Positions 52,704 through 61,333 of a stretch of DNA of 64,000 bases are shown here, piece after piece. The notes beneath the pieces were generated by a model. That model saw only the letters and a list, made by a program, of their open reading frames with translations, was not told the origin of the DNA and searched no databases. Position 1 is the stretch's first letter, and each line of letters opens with the position of its first letter. The stretch lies in contig OZ243956.1 of NCBI GenBank assembly GCA_965214405.1, positions 2,656,001 through 2,720,000 on the forward strand, given 5' to 3'. This stretch comes from Trueperaceae bacterium. GTDB taxonomy: Bacteria; Deinococcota; Deinococci; Deinococcales; Trueperaceae. A program made the translations under genes and the position numbers.

Positions 52704-54419
52704 CTACCGCACAAACACGCGCGCTTCGTGGGCGGGCAGCTCGAGCGTGTATCTCTCCCCCTCGACGCTCACGTCGTAATCAATCGTCCACTCGTGCCAA
52801 CTACCCGTTTCGGGCCAGGGCATGTCGTAGTCTTTGAGGTCGCTGTCGGAGAGGTTCAAAACCACCACCACCTGTGAGCCCTCGCCGTCATAACGCGAAT
52901 AGGCGAGCACGCCCGCATCACCGTCTTCGTGAAAAAAGGAGATGTTGGCGGTGGCGAGCGCCGGATTCTCCTTGCGGAGTTTGATGAGGCCCTTGTAGTA
53001 GGTCTGGAGGTCGCGGTTGGCCTCGTTTTTTAAGAGAGACCACTCGAGCGGATTCTTCTCAATCGTTTTGGGCGTGTACGCGCCAAACTCTTCGCCCATC
53101 CAGATGAGGGGCACACCCACCGCGGTCATGGTGATGACCGCGCCCAGCCGAGCACGCTTGAAAGCGGCGTCCCCAAAAATCTTGCTCTCGCCCATCGTGG
53201 CCAGAAAATGGTCCTGGTCGTGGTTGGAGAGGTAGTTGACGACTTGCGTGGTGCCTGTGTAGCCCTGCCCGCTGGGGTCTATCACGGTTTTGAGCGCGCT
53301 TGCGTCCGCGCCCGTCCCGCTGAGTTGCGGCACCACCGTGTGATAAAAGGAGTCGTGCCAGCAGCCCTCCATAAAACCTCCCTCGCCCACAATCTCGGGG
53401 GTGTCGGGGATGTGCTCGCCGATGGTGTAGAAGGGCTTGCCCGCCGCCACACGCGCGGCCTCCCCCATGAGCCAGCCCAAAAACTCGGGGTTGCGAATTT
53501 GCTTGACCGCGTCCATGCGGAGGCCGTCGATGTGATATTCCTCGACCCAAAACCGCACCACGTCGCCCGCGAACTCTCGAGCCGGGTAGAGATCCAAATT
53601 ATCGTCGTGCTTGTTGTAATCGAACTCAGGACCCCAACTGTTGTCGGGGTCTTTGGGCTCGGACAAGTACCAGTAGTTAAAGTCGATTTTGTTTAGGGGG
53701 CTCTCCGAATCCGAGTGGTTGAAAACGAAGTCAACGATGACGCGGACGCCCTTGCCGTGACACTCGTCGATGAGCGTCTTGAGGCTTTCGGTGGAGCCGT
53801 AGCTTGATTCGGCGGCAAAAAAATAGCGCGGGTTGTAGCCCCAGGAGTGGTCGCCGGGAAACTCGGTCACGGGCATGAGTTCGATGGCGTTTATCCCCAA
53901 ATCCACGAGGTAGTCGAGCTTGTCCACCACGCCTAAGTAGCCGCCGCGCGCCTCGTCCTCACCGCTCGCAAAGTCGCTCACATGAAGCTCGTAAATGACG
54001 AGGTCGGCGTTGGCGGGTAGCGGTACGTCGTCGTGCCGCCAGGTGTAGGTGTCCAAGATGCGCTTGCCGCCCCCGATGCGCACAATCCCGTTTTGCTCAG
54101 CGCTGTCCTCGATAGACGTGGCGTAAGGGTCGACCACGTCCACCTGTTCATCTTGAGCAAAGGGACTTTGAGACTTAACGCGGAACTTATAGGTATGCGC
54201 GCCGTCCTCGAGCTCGACGCGCGTTCTAAAGTACCCGTCCTCGCCGCGGGTCATCTCGAGCGGCCCCCAGTCGGAAAAAGAGCCAATCAACTTGACGTCT
54301 TCGTTATAAGGCGCGAAAAGCACAAATTCCACACCCTCGTCGTTTTTGTCGCTCGTTTTGCCGGACGGCTTCTCCCCTACGGCTTCATCCTCTGCCGAGG
54401 CTGCACCACGTTTACTCAC
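52704..54419 (-). CDS. GH13 alpha-amylase-family enzyme with N-terminal CBM48-like domain
   Basis: IYELHV, IELMPV, WGYNP, catalytic DGLRMDAVK / IGEH / SNHD. Confidence 0.92.
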   Translation of the reverse strand: MSKRGAASAEDEAVGEKPSGKTSDKNDEGVEFVLFAPYNEDVKLIGSFSDWGPLEMTRGEDGYFRTRVELEDGAHTYKFRVKSQSPFAQDEQVDVVDPYATSIEDSAEQNGIVRIGGGKRILDTYTWRHDDVPLPANADLVIYELHVSDFASGEDEARGGYLGVVDKLDYLVDLGINAIELMPVTEFPGDHSWGYNPRYFFAAESSYGSTESLKTLIDECHGKGVRVIVDFVFNHSDSESPLNKIDFNYWYLSEPKDPDNSWGPEFDYNKHDDNLDLYPAREFAGDVVRFWVEEYHIDGLRMDAVKQIRNPEFLGWLMGEAARVAAGKPFYTIGEHIPDTPEIVGEGGFMEGCWHDSFYHTVVPQLSGTGADASALKTVIDPSGQGYTGTTQVVNYLSNHDQDHFLATMGESKIFGDAAFKRARLGAVITMTAVGVPLIWMGEEFGAYTPKTIEKNPLEWSLLKNEANRDLQTYYKGLIKLRKENPALATANISFFHEDGDAGVLAYSRYDGEGSQVVVVLNLSDSDLKDYDMPWPETGSWHEWTIDYDVSVEGERYTLELPAHEARVFVR

Positions 54420-54616
54420 TCTTTTTCCTTTCGCTTCACATGTATAAAAAAGTACGGCCCCGCCAAGCCGCAGGGCAACTAGCCAAAACTACCGGGTACC
54501 GGGTGGGCAAAACCGCAGGATGAGCTACGATAACTCACCGCCTGTTGCTGCACTGCTGCACGTGATATTTATCAACCGTATCTGTCAACAGTGCCGTTAT
54601 TAGCAGTACCGTCGTC

Positions 54617-54832
54617 TATTGTGGCTGCGGTCTCACCGGGGTGAGTCGGCTTTACCGGGGCCGCGGCGTGGGCACGGCGCTCAAGGCTCGAGCCGCGGCC
54701 TGGGCCAAGGCGGGGGGCTACCGCACGCTCAACGCGGGCGGGGCCGGGGCCAACACGCCTATGCTCGAGCTCAACAAACGGCTAGGGTTTGATATCGAAC
54801 CCGCCTGGCTGACGTGGGTCAAAAAGGTGTAA
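54617..54832 (+). pseudogene. C-terminal fragment of a GNAT acetyltransferase
   Basis: GLTGVSRLYRGRGVGTALK...NTPMLELNKRLGF; in-frame stop at 54563 upstream, N-terminal half missing. Confidence 0.7.
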
Positions 54833-54868
54833 CAAATCATGAGCTGGGCGGCTAAACCGTAGAGCAAC

Positions 54869-54893
54869 AGGAGGGGCGGATACCGCCCCTCCT
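54869..54893 (+). terminator. GC hairpin after the GNAT fragment
   Basis: AGGAGGGGCGG-ATA-CCGCCCCTCCT; poor U-tract. Confidence 0.5.
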
Positions 54894-54997
54894 CCCTCTC
54901 ATATTTAGAGAATTCGCACGTGTTAAAATTTTCACAGCGGCGTAACCGTTTTTGTGCTCTTCCAAATCTTACTTCGGCACCGCTGAGGCATCATTTT

Positions 54998-55035
54998 AGG
55001 ATGAAGTTTCAGGCTGAAGTTTCAGGATGAACTTC
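54998..55035. repeat. Three tandem 13-bp repeats
   Basis: AGGATGAAGTTTC AGGCTGAAGTTTC AGGATGAACTTC. Confidence 0.8.
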
Positions 55036-55201
55036 TTTAGTGCCGTGTACCGCTGTGGGAGGTGACGCCCTAAGTTACTAATTTTGCAGAGAAATTTGTA
55101 AGGGTAATCCCCTCCAAGAGCGCCAGTAGACACCCGTAACCGGTACTTGCCTCTTCTCATCCGATCTCTTTTCGCTCCGTCCAGTTTAGAAAGGGTAACC
55201 C

Positions 55202-56776
55202 ATGCCTCGTCAACTGCTCGACTATCTTTCCAACCGCTCTGGGTGGACGCGTCCCAAAGCGTGGGCTGCGCTCGCGGCCCTTCTACTCGTTCTCGCCGGT
55301 TGTAGCTTGACGGAAAAGGTGCCTACGGCGTCCACGCCTGAGGGCTTTGTTTTTTCGGTGGACCCGGCGGACGGGCTGGTTACGCTTGCTCGAGGCGGCT
55401 CGAGCGGCCCCGCGCCTCAGAGCGTGCTCCAAAACGACGTAGATTTGACCGCGTCCTATACCTACACGTTTGAGCCGGACAACGTGCTGGTCATCGAAGC
55501 GACGTTTACCAACCTGCTGGGTGACATGAGTTTCGCCCAGCCTTTTTTCTTTATAGTTGACGAGGCCACGACCAATATCCTGAGTTCTGAAGAACCCGAA
55601 GTTACCGACGACGATTTAGGCGGCGACGGCGTTCTGGAACCCGGCGAGACGACGTCGACGCTGACGTTTAAGGTCAAGCACAAGGGCGAGCCGTTTGTCT
55701 ATGTGGTGAACGCCGACGCCCAGAGAACGGTGCGCGAGGTCGGTTTTACGCAGAGCGACGTGCTCGCCTTTGTGAGCCGGTACGTCACGCACGTCGGGGA
55801 GGTGGGCTCCGCCGTCGCCGATGACGTCGGCGTTCGGGCGCTCCTTGCGCCCCTTACCGAGTTAGAGGGCCAGCTCCCCGAGGCTCCGGCTGACTGCGGC
55901 GCGGACGCGTGCCTCCCGCGGGGCGTGTACGACTATGGTGACGGGGCGTTTGGGGGCGAGTGGATGTTTGCCGAGCCCTCGGACGACCTTGTGCTCCGGT
56001 ACACGGTTGACGCTGTGGGTAATGACGTGAGCGGTTCCGTACCCGCCGTGCTGAGCATCGACTGGAACGCGGGCGGCGCGACGTTGGTGCAAAGCGCGCC
56101 GCCGGGGAGTGGACTCAACCCGCCGGACGCTCCCTCGTACACCTATGAGGTGCCGACGGCTCCCGCCCTGTCGCTCACCGTGGACGGCGCGAGCGCCGCG
56201 GCGCTGAGCGCGACGCTGAACTGGGCTGACGGGTGCAGTTTGACGGATATCGGCCTCACCCGCTTCTCCCTGAACGGCTCTGTCGGCATTGACGTGACCG
56301 CGAGTTTTGACAACGTAGGTTTTGTACAGAACAACGGCTCGATCGGCTTTACGGGCACCACCATCCTGGCCTCGGGCGACGACGCGGCCATGTTTAGCGG
56401 TTTCGTGGAACTGGGTTTTGTGAACTTGAGTGAGGACTGCGCCCCTGAACTTTCTTCTTTAGGCCGCGTTGCTTTTTCCCTTAACACCTCCGTGAGGGTC
56501 GGCGGCCTGAGCACGCGTTTGGGCGCATCCCTGAACGCCAACAGCATCGTCACCGAACCGGGACAGGCGTCAGCGGAGGTAGACGGCTTGCTGCGTATCA
56601 ACGACAGAGCCGCCGTGAACGTGCTCGGCACCCTAGACGACGAGAACGGCAACGGCATCCCCGGTGAGAACGTTGGTTTGAGCTTTGCCGACGACAGCAC
56701 CACCACGCTCGAGGCCTTTATAGGACGCTTCATCATGGCCGAAGGGCTGGGTACCCTGTTAAAACTCACCCGCTAG
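55202..56776 (+). CDS. Lipoprotein of unknown function
   Basis: Lipobox LAGC; acidic loops DDDLGGDGVLEPGE and DDENGNGIPGE (possible Ca-binding); beta-rich. Confidence 0.8.
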   Translation: MPRQLLDYLSNRSGWTRPKAWAALAALLLVLAGCSLTEKVPTASTPEGFVFSVDPADGLVTLARGGSSGPAPQSVLQNDVDLTASYTYTFEPDNVLVIEATFTNLLGDMSFAQPFFFIVDEATTNILSSEEPEVTDDDLGGDGVLEPGETTSTLTFKVKHKGEPFVYVVNADAQRTVREVGFTQSDVLAFVSRYVTHVGEVGSAVADDVGVRALLAPLTELEGQLPEAPADCGADACLPRGVYDYGDGAFGGEWMFAEPSDDLVLRYTVDAVGNDVSGSVPAVLSIDWNAGGATLVQSAPPGSGLNPPDAPSYTYEVPTAPALSLTVDGASAAALSATLNWADGCSLTDIGLTRFSLNGSVGIDVTASFDNVGFVQNNGSIGFTGTTILASGDDAAMFSGFVELGFVNLSEDCAPELSSLGRVAFSLNTSVRVGGLSTRLGASLNANSIVTEPGQASAEVDGLLRINDRAAVNVLGTLDDENGNGIPGENVGLSFADDSTTTLEAFIGRFIMAEGLGTLLKLTR

Positions 56777-56865
56777 CCCCCGCATGGGTAGCAAGTTCCC
56801 GCAGTCGCTCCGAAAAAGAGAATTTTCTCTCACCATCTGGTATGCTCATACCAAAGGAGGCAAAG

Positions 56866-57021
56866 ATGAAAAACGAGCGCAACACGCAGGACGTAAACGC
56901 GGCTCCCGAAGCCAAGCCCTTCGAAGAGCCCAAGCTCACCTACCTCACGCCCAAGCTCTCCGAGCGCGGCAACGTGCAGGATGTGACGCTTCAAGGCTTC
57001 TTTGGGTCCTTCTCGCCGTAA
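56866..57021 (+). CDS. Putative RiPP precursor peptide (51 aa) with lasso-type leader
   Basis: Hand-translated MKNERNTQDVNAAPEAKPFEEPKLTYLTPKLSERGNVQDVTLQGFFGSFSP*; RBS AAAGGAGG 5 nt upstream; YxxPxLxxxGxxxxxT motif; candidate extended -10 TGGTATGCT at 56838-56846. Confidence 0.88.
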   Translation: MKNERNTQDVNAAPEAKPFEEPKLTYLTPKLSERGNVQDVTLQGFFGSFSP

Positions 57022-57031
57022 GCTGTTCTCA

Positions 57032-58153
57032 ATGTCTAGGCGTAACGAACCCTCAGCCGAAAAAGCTGAGGGTTTTCACACTATTGAGGCTAATGTTGAA
57101 GCTGATGTCAAGGCTGGCTCCCACCCTGACTTTCAGGCTGGGCTCGAGCCCCCTACGTTCGCCTGTACGCTCGGCGGCGTGCCCGTTCAGGTGTCGTGCC
57201 AACCGGAGAGCGCCCGCAGCCTCCGCGCACTTTGGCGGCAGCTTTTCATCCTGGGTGAGGCGGTCCCCGGGGCGGGCGTCCGTTTGCACTTTGGCGCGCG
57301 TCCTCTCACGCCTCCCGAAGGTGAAGAGGTTTACCACGCGCCGCCGCTCCGGGTGCTGAAGACGGGGCGCGGGTTCTTTCTCGCCTGCGGCGCGTCGGCG
57401 CTGGACTTACTCCTTTCAGAGGGTGTCGGTAGCGGCTATCTTGACGAAAAATTTTTCTCCAGAAGCGTTTATCACCAGCGTGAGTTTTTTCTCCTGAGTC
57501 TCCTTATGCTCCTGCGCCCGCGCGGGCGCTACGGCCTTCATGCGAACGGCTTAAAGAGCGAACGGGGGGGCGTCCTCATCATCGGCCAATCGGGCTCCGG
57601 CAAAACGACCCTGACCCTGAGCTTAGCGCGCGCGGGCTGGCGCTACGGCTCGGACGACGCGACGCTGCTTCGTAACGGCGAGGCGGGTGTTCAGGCACTC
57701 GCCCTTCGCCACGGCTTCTCCTGCACCAACGAGACGGTGGCGCGCTTTCCCGAGCTCGCCAAAGCCCCGCTCCTCTACCACGCGCAGGGCAAACGTGTTC
57801 TCGACATCAGCGCCGCCTTTCCGGACGGGTTCGCGCCCTCCTGCCGCCCGCGCCTGCTCCTGTTCCCCAAAGTCGCGCCGCAAGACGTTTCTCAGCTCGA
57901 GCCCGTGAGCCCAACCGACGCGCTGGTCGCGCTCATGCAGGGGAGCGCGGGCATCATGACCGACAAGGCGGTATCAAAGGTGCAGTTGGAGGTTTTGAAA
58001 CGTCTGGTGGAGGGCTCGAGCGCCTACCGCCTTCTCTCGGGACGGGACGTGCTCGAGCGTTCCCAGACCGTGTCCGAAATCCTTCAGGATATATTGCAGT
58101 CACAAACCCAGCGTCACAAGTCCCCACAGCATCACCCACAGCACCATGAATGA
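57032..58153 (+). CDS. HprK-related P-loop kinase (lasso-peptide kinase-like)
   Basis: GLHANGL, Walker A GQSGSGKTT, YGSDD; starts 10 nt after the precursor stop. Confidence 0.82.
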   Translation: MSRRNEPSAEKAEGFHTIEANVEADVKAGSHPDFQAGLEPPTFACTLGGVPVQVSCQPESARSLRALWRQLFILGEAVPGAGVRLHFGARPLTPPEGEEVYHAPPLRVLKTGRGFFLACGASALDLLLSEGVGSGYLDEKFFSRSVYHQREFFLLSLLMLLRPRGRYGLHANGLKSERGGVLIIGQSGSGKTTLTLSLARAGWRYGSDDATLLRNGEAGVQALALRHGFSCTNETVARFPELAKAPLLYHAQGKRVLDISAAFPDGFAPSCRPRLLLFPKVAPQDVSQLEPVSPTDALVALMQGSAGIMTDKAVSKVQLEVLKRLVEGSSAYRLLSGRDVLERSQTVSEILQDILQSQTQRHKSPQHHPQHHE

Positions 58154-58170
58154 GGCACGAATGAGGCGTC

Positions 58171-59184
58171 ATGGCTAGAATCGTTATCGAACTCACCAAC
58201 CGCTGCAACCTACGCTGTCAGCACTGCTTTTCGGGTCGCCACGGCGGGCGCGACGATATACCGTTAGAGCTTTTGCAAGACGTTCTGGACGGGGCCAAGG
58301 CGCACGGCTTCGACCACCTCACCTTTACCGGCGGCGACCCCACCATCCACCCACATTTCGAGGAGGTGCTGCGCCGCACCTTCCAGGCAGGCTACGAGTT
58401 TTCGTTCGTGACCAACGGCTTTAACTTCACCACCACCTATCCGAAGCTTTTGCCTTACCGCGAACGGTTGTCGCAAATCACCTTTAGCTTGGACGGCGCG
58501 CGCGAAGAGACGCACGACCGGCTGCGCGGGCGCGGGAGTTACCGCAAGGTGCTGGGCGCAATGAGCGTGTGTACGGCGCTGGGCATCTCGTTCTCGAACA
58601 ATATGGTCGTCACCGGGCACAACCGGCACGAGCTGGGCGAGATGGTGGCGCTGGCGACGAGCCTGGGCTCGCGTGGCCTGCGTTTTGGGCACCTCATGCC
58701 CTCGCCCTTAACGACCGCGCAAGACTTTGACCTCTCACCCAAAGAACGTAAAGAGGTCGAGGCGGAAATTTGGGCGCTCAGAGACGCGCACGCGCTGCCC
58801 GTGGCGATGGCCCCCGGTCACCACACCACCTCGCTGTTTCCCTGCGCGCCGCTACATATGCAAGAAATCAACATCGACTGTAAAGGCTTTTTGACCAAAT
58901 GCTGCCACTTGTCGAGCCACGGCGAGGGCGTCGGCAACGGCGACGTGGCGGGAGACTTGCGTACGGTTTCCTTTGCGGAGGCGGTGGGGCGACTAGAAAC
59001 CGCCAACAAGGCGTTTCACAAGGCTAAACTCGAGCGCCTCAAACGCGGCGGCTTTGAAGACGCCGACTTTTTCCCCTGCTGGTACTGCTCGAACGCCTTT
59101 AAGAAGGTGGACTGGCTGGACGCTTTCGAGGCCAATCCCTGGACCCCGCTCCGTTGGGATGCGGAAGCCGAGGCGTCGGCGTAG
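58171..59184 (+). CDS. Radical SAM enzyme with Cys-rich SPASM/twitch-like C-terminus
   Basis: ELTNRCNLRCQHC (CX3CX2C), TGGDP, VTNG, SLDG...HDRLRG.GSY; C-terminal FPC...DC...KCC...PCWYC. Confidence 0.93.
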   Translation: MARIVIELTNRCNLRCQHCFSGRHGGRDDIPLELLQDVLDGAKAHGFDHLTFTGGDPTIHPHFEEVLRRTFQAGYEFSFVTNGFNFTTTYPKLLPYRERLSQITFSLDGAREETHDRLRGRGSYRKVLGAMSVCTALGISFSNNMVVTGHNRHELGEMVALATSLGSRGLRFGHLMPSPLTTAQDFDLSPKERKEVEAEIWALRDAHALPVAMAPGHHTTSLFPCAPLHMQEINIDCKGFLTKCCHLSSHGEGVGNGDVAGDLRTVSFAEAVGRLETANKAFHKAKLERLKRGGFEDADFFPCWYCSNAFKKVDWLDAFEANPWTPLRWDAEAEASA

Positions 59185-59197
59185 TGGGCGCGTCTAG

Positions 59198-59494
59198 ATG
59201 TTAACGACCACCGTCACACCCCATCCCGACGCGCTCTTTACCGTTCTCCCGGACGGCGCGGTGCTCTTGCACTTAGAAACCAAGGCGCAGTTCAAGCTCA
59301 ACGAAACGGGCGCGCGCGTATGGCAGCTTCTGGTGCAGGGCTTGACGCTCCCCGAGATAAGCCGCCGCCTGAGCACTGAGTATGACGTGACAGAGGCGCA
59401 CGCGCAGGAGAGCGTGAAGGGACTTGTGGACGCGCTCACCGAAGCGCAACTGGTGACTGTAGAGACAACGGAGACAACGTCCTCAGCCCCATAA
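59198..59494 (+). CDS. Stand-alone PqqD/RRE peptide-binding protein
   Basis: AVLLHLETKAQFKLNETGARVWQLL...EISRRLSTEYDV...LVDALTEAQLV. Confidence 0.92.
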   Translation: MLTTTVTPHPDALFTVLPDGAVLLHLETKAQFKLNETGARVWQLLVQGLTLPEISRRLSTEYDVTEAHAQESVKGLVDALTEAQLVTVETTETTSSAP

Positions 59495-59701
59495 GTTAAA
59501 CAGGGCTTTTGTCACTAAGTCTTCTTGGGAGGGTTCAAAAAGATGAGCACCAAGGACTGAGACTCAAGTAAGGAGTACCGAGGAAATTTGCAACTCGGTA
59601 CCCGGTACTCGATACTTCTGTCTTTGTTAAGGTAAAAACGCGTTCGATAGCCTTCTTTCTGGCGCCCAGGGCAAGAGCCTAGCCGGTATCTCTAACGTTG
59701 T

Positions 59702-59977
59702 CTAAAAAGTCCAGATGGGTTTCTCGTGATACTGATTGGGCACGCGCTGCTTGTAAAGCGTGATAACTGGGTCGGGCACGTTGCCGACTCGGTTGCCGGG
59801 GGGCATAACGACCGTTGTGCCGTAGACCTCTTCATCAGGATTCGCTACTTCCGTTCTCCCGAGGCTGCAGCCCGCCAACGCCCCCGCCAGCAAGAGAGAC
59901 AGCACCATTGAGGCGAGTCGCCTGCGCTTAACTATCATCTTTGTCGAGTTACCGTTTGTCCGCGTTCTCTGAATCAT
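59702..59977 (-). CDS. Small lipoprotein (start may be 59938)
   Basis: Basic N-terminus, hydrophobic stretch, lipobox LAGC. Confidence 0.65.
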   Translation of the reverse strand: MIQRTRTNGNSTKMIVKRRRLASMVLSLLLAGALAGCSLGRTEVANPDEEVYGTTVVMPPGNRVGNVPDPVITLYKQRVPNQYHEKPIWTF

Positions 59978-60034
59978 ATAGCTACTATACCGCCACGCGA
60001 ACGAGAGAATGATGGCGCAGCTTAGGGTGTGAAC

Positions 60035-60068
60035 AAAAAAGACCGACGCTCCGAAGCGTCGGTCTTTT
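60035..60068 (-). terminator. Intrinsic, probably bidirectional terminator
   Basis: AAAAAAGACCGACGCT-CCGA-AGCGTCGGTCTTTT. Confidence 0.85.
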
Positions 60069-60093
60069 CGTAAAAATTTACGAGTAGAAGGGG

Positions 60094-60699
60094 TTACTGC
60101 CCGCCGCTCGCCTGACCTTGGGCGGCCTGAGCGAGATTAGTAATAACCGCACCGACGGCTTGCACCTGCTCTTCAGCCGTGGCGTTGGCCCCTAACCCCG
60201 TGGTACCCGCAACCTCGGCGCCGCCCGTTTCACCCGGCAAGTCGCCTGTGCCGCCCGTGTCGCCTATGGGCGTATCAATCGCGCCACCCGTCGCATCCGC
60301 CTCGAGCGCGTCCTCGTCAACCACACCGACGTCTGTGTTCACTCCGCCCGTGGCATCTGACAGAACACCTGCGTCGCCCGTCTCGCCACCCGTCACGTCT
60401 ACGGGCGTCTCGTCAATCACGCCGCCCGTGTCGCCGCCCGTCACGTCCAGAGGGTCAGCATCAACCGCGCCACCCGTGTCGCCGCCCGTTATGACCTCAA
60501 GTTCGGCGTCTTCTCCGCCGGTCACGGCGTCGTCTACAGGCGTCGTTTCTACGGGTGCAGGGGTTGTTTCTACGGGTGCGGGTGTAGTCTCAGTAGTCGT
60601 GGTGTCGTCGTTGGGTCCGCAACCCGCCGCGACAAGACCCAACAGCGCTGTGAACGCGGCGAGCCGCAAGAGTTTCATAAGTCGTTTGGATGCTTTCAT
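60094..60699 (-). CDS. Acidic, probably disordered lipoprotein with TGG repeats
   Basis: AGGAGG RBS, lipobox AAGC, ETTPAPV repeats, many TGG motifs. Confidence 0.8.
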   Translation of the reverse strand: MKASKRLMKLLRLAAFTALLGLVAAGCGPNDDTTTTETTPAPVETTPAPVETTPVDDAVTGGEDAELEVITGGDTGGAVDADPLDVTGGDTGGVIDETPVDVTGGETGDAGVLSDATGGVNTDVGVVDEDALEADATGGAIDTPIGDTGGTGDLPGETGGAEVAGTTGLGANATAEEQVQAVGAVITNLAQAAQGQASGGQ

Positions 60700-60963
60700 G
60701 GTGTTCCTCCTTGAGTGGGTTTCTTGTACGTTGGTAGCACGCCGTTCCGATGTTTCGAATGTTTCTGAACTCTCATGTTTCCAAGCAGCATTGTTACCGA
60801 ATGCATTATTGCACAATAGGCACAAACCTCATAGCGAACTATAGCGCGGGCTAAAGTGTGCGGGGGGTGAAAACGGATGAAAAAGGTGAAGGTTGTTTCG
60901 CTGTTGCGCGCGCGCTACCGTAGATTTTGTGCTCGGAAGGACTTCGCGGACACGAAACGGACC

Positions 60964-61305
60964 TTAGACAGTGCGTGGCACCTTAAAAAATCCTTCTTCC
61001 TCGACACCCAGAGCGACCGCTTCTTCGTGCTCGAGCCCCGCGCGCGGCACATCATTGCGGAACACGTTGGCGCTCGAGACGGGCCTGACGAGCTCTTCGA
61101 CGTTCTTAGTGTCGAGAGCCTTGAGGCTCTCGAAAGACTCCAAAATCTTGTTAAGGTCGTGCTTGACGGCCTCTGTTTCGGCGTCATCAAGCTCGAGGCG
61201 GGCGAGCGTCTTGATTTTTTCCATCTCCGCGTCGCTGAGGGTGGGAGTGGCTGACGCATTTTCTGACCTAGCTTCTGGCACGGTTTTCGATACGGTTTCC
61301 GACAT
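60964..61305 (-). CDS. gatC: Asp/Glu-tRNA amidotransferase subunit C
   Basis: KIKTLARLEL, LNKILESFESLKALDTKNVE, NVFRND, FFKVPRTV. Confidence 0.9.
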   Translation of the reverse strand: MSETVSKTVPEARSENASATPTLSDAEMEKIKTLARLELDDAETEAVKHDLNKILESFESLKALDTKNVEELVRPVSSANVFRNDVPRAGLEHEEAVALGVEEEGFFKVPRTV

Positions 61306-61333
61306 GACAAAAGTGTAACACCCTGCCGCGACG

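Noticed and set aside
56784..57359. 191-aa ORF from the track overlapping the precursor
   Set aside because: No RBS or recognisable motifs; the overlapping frames carry the RBS-backed precursor and the kinase
56866..59494. Classical lasso peptide cluster
   Set aside because: No asparagine-synthetase-like cyclase or transglutaminase-like peptidase in the window, and the core has no Asp/Glu for a macrolactam
56866..59494. PQQ or mycofactocin biosynthesis
   Set aside because: The peptide lacks the PqqA ExxxY and MftA IDGxCGVY motifs; no pqqB/pqqC or mft partner genes
60964..61305. Orphan gatC as an anomaly
   Set aside because: gat genes are dispersed in some bacteria, including Thermus-like lineages; gatA/gatB may simply lie outside the window
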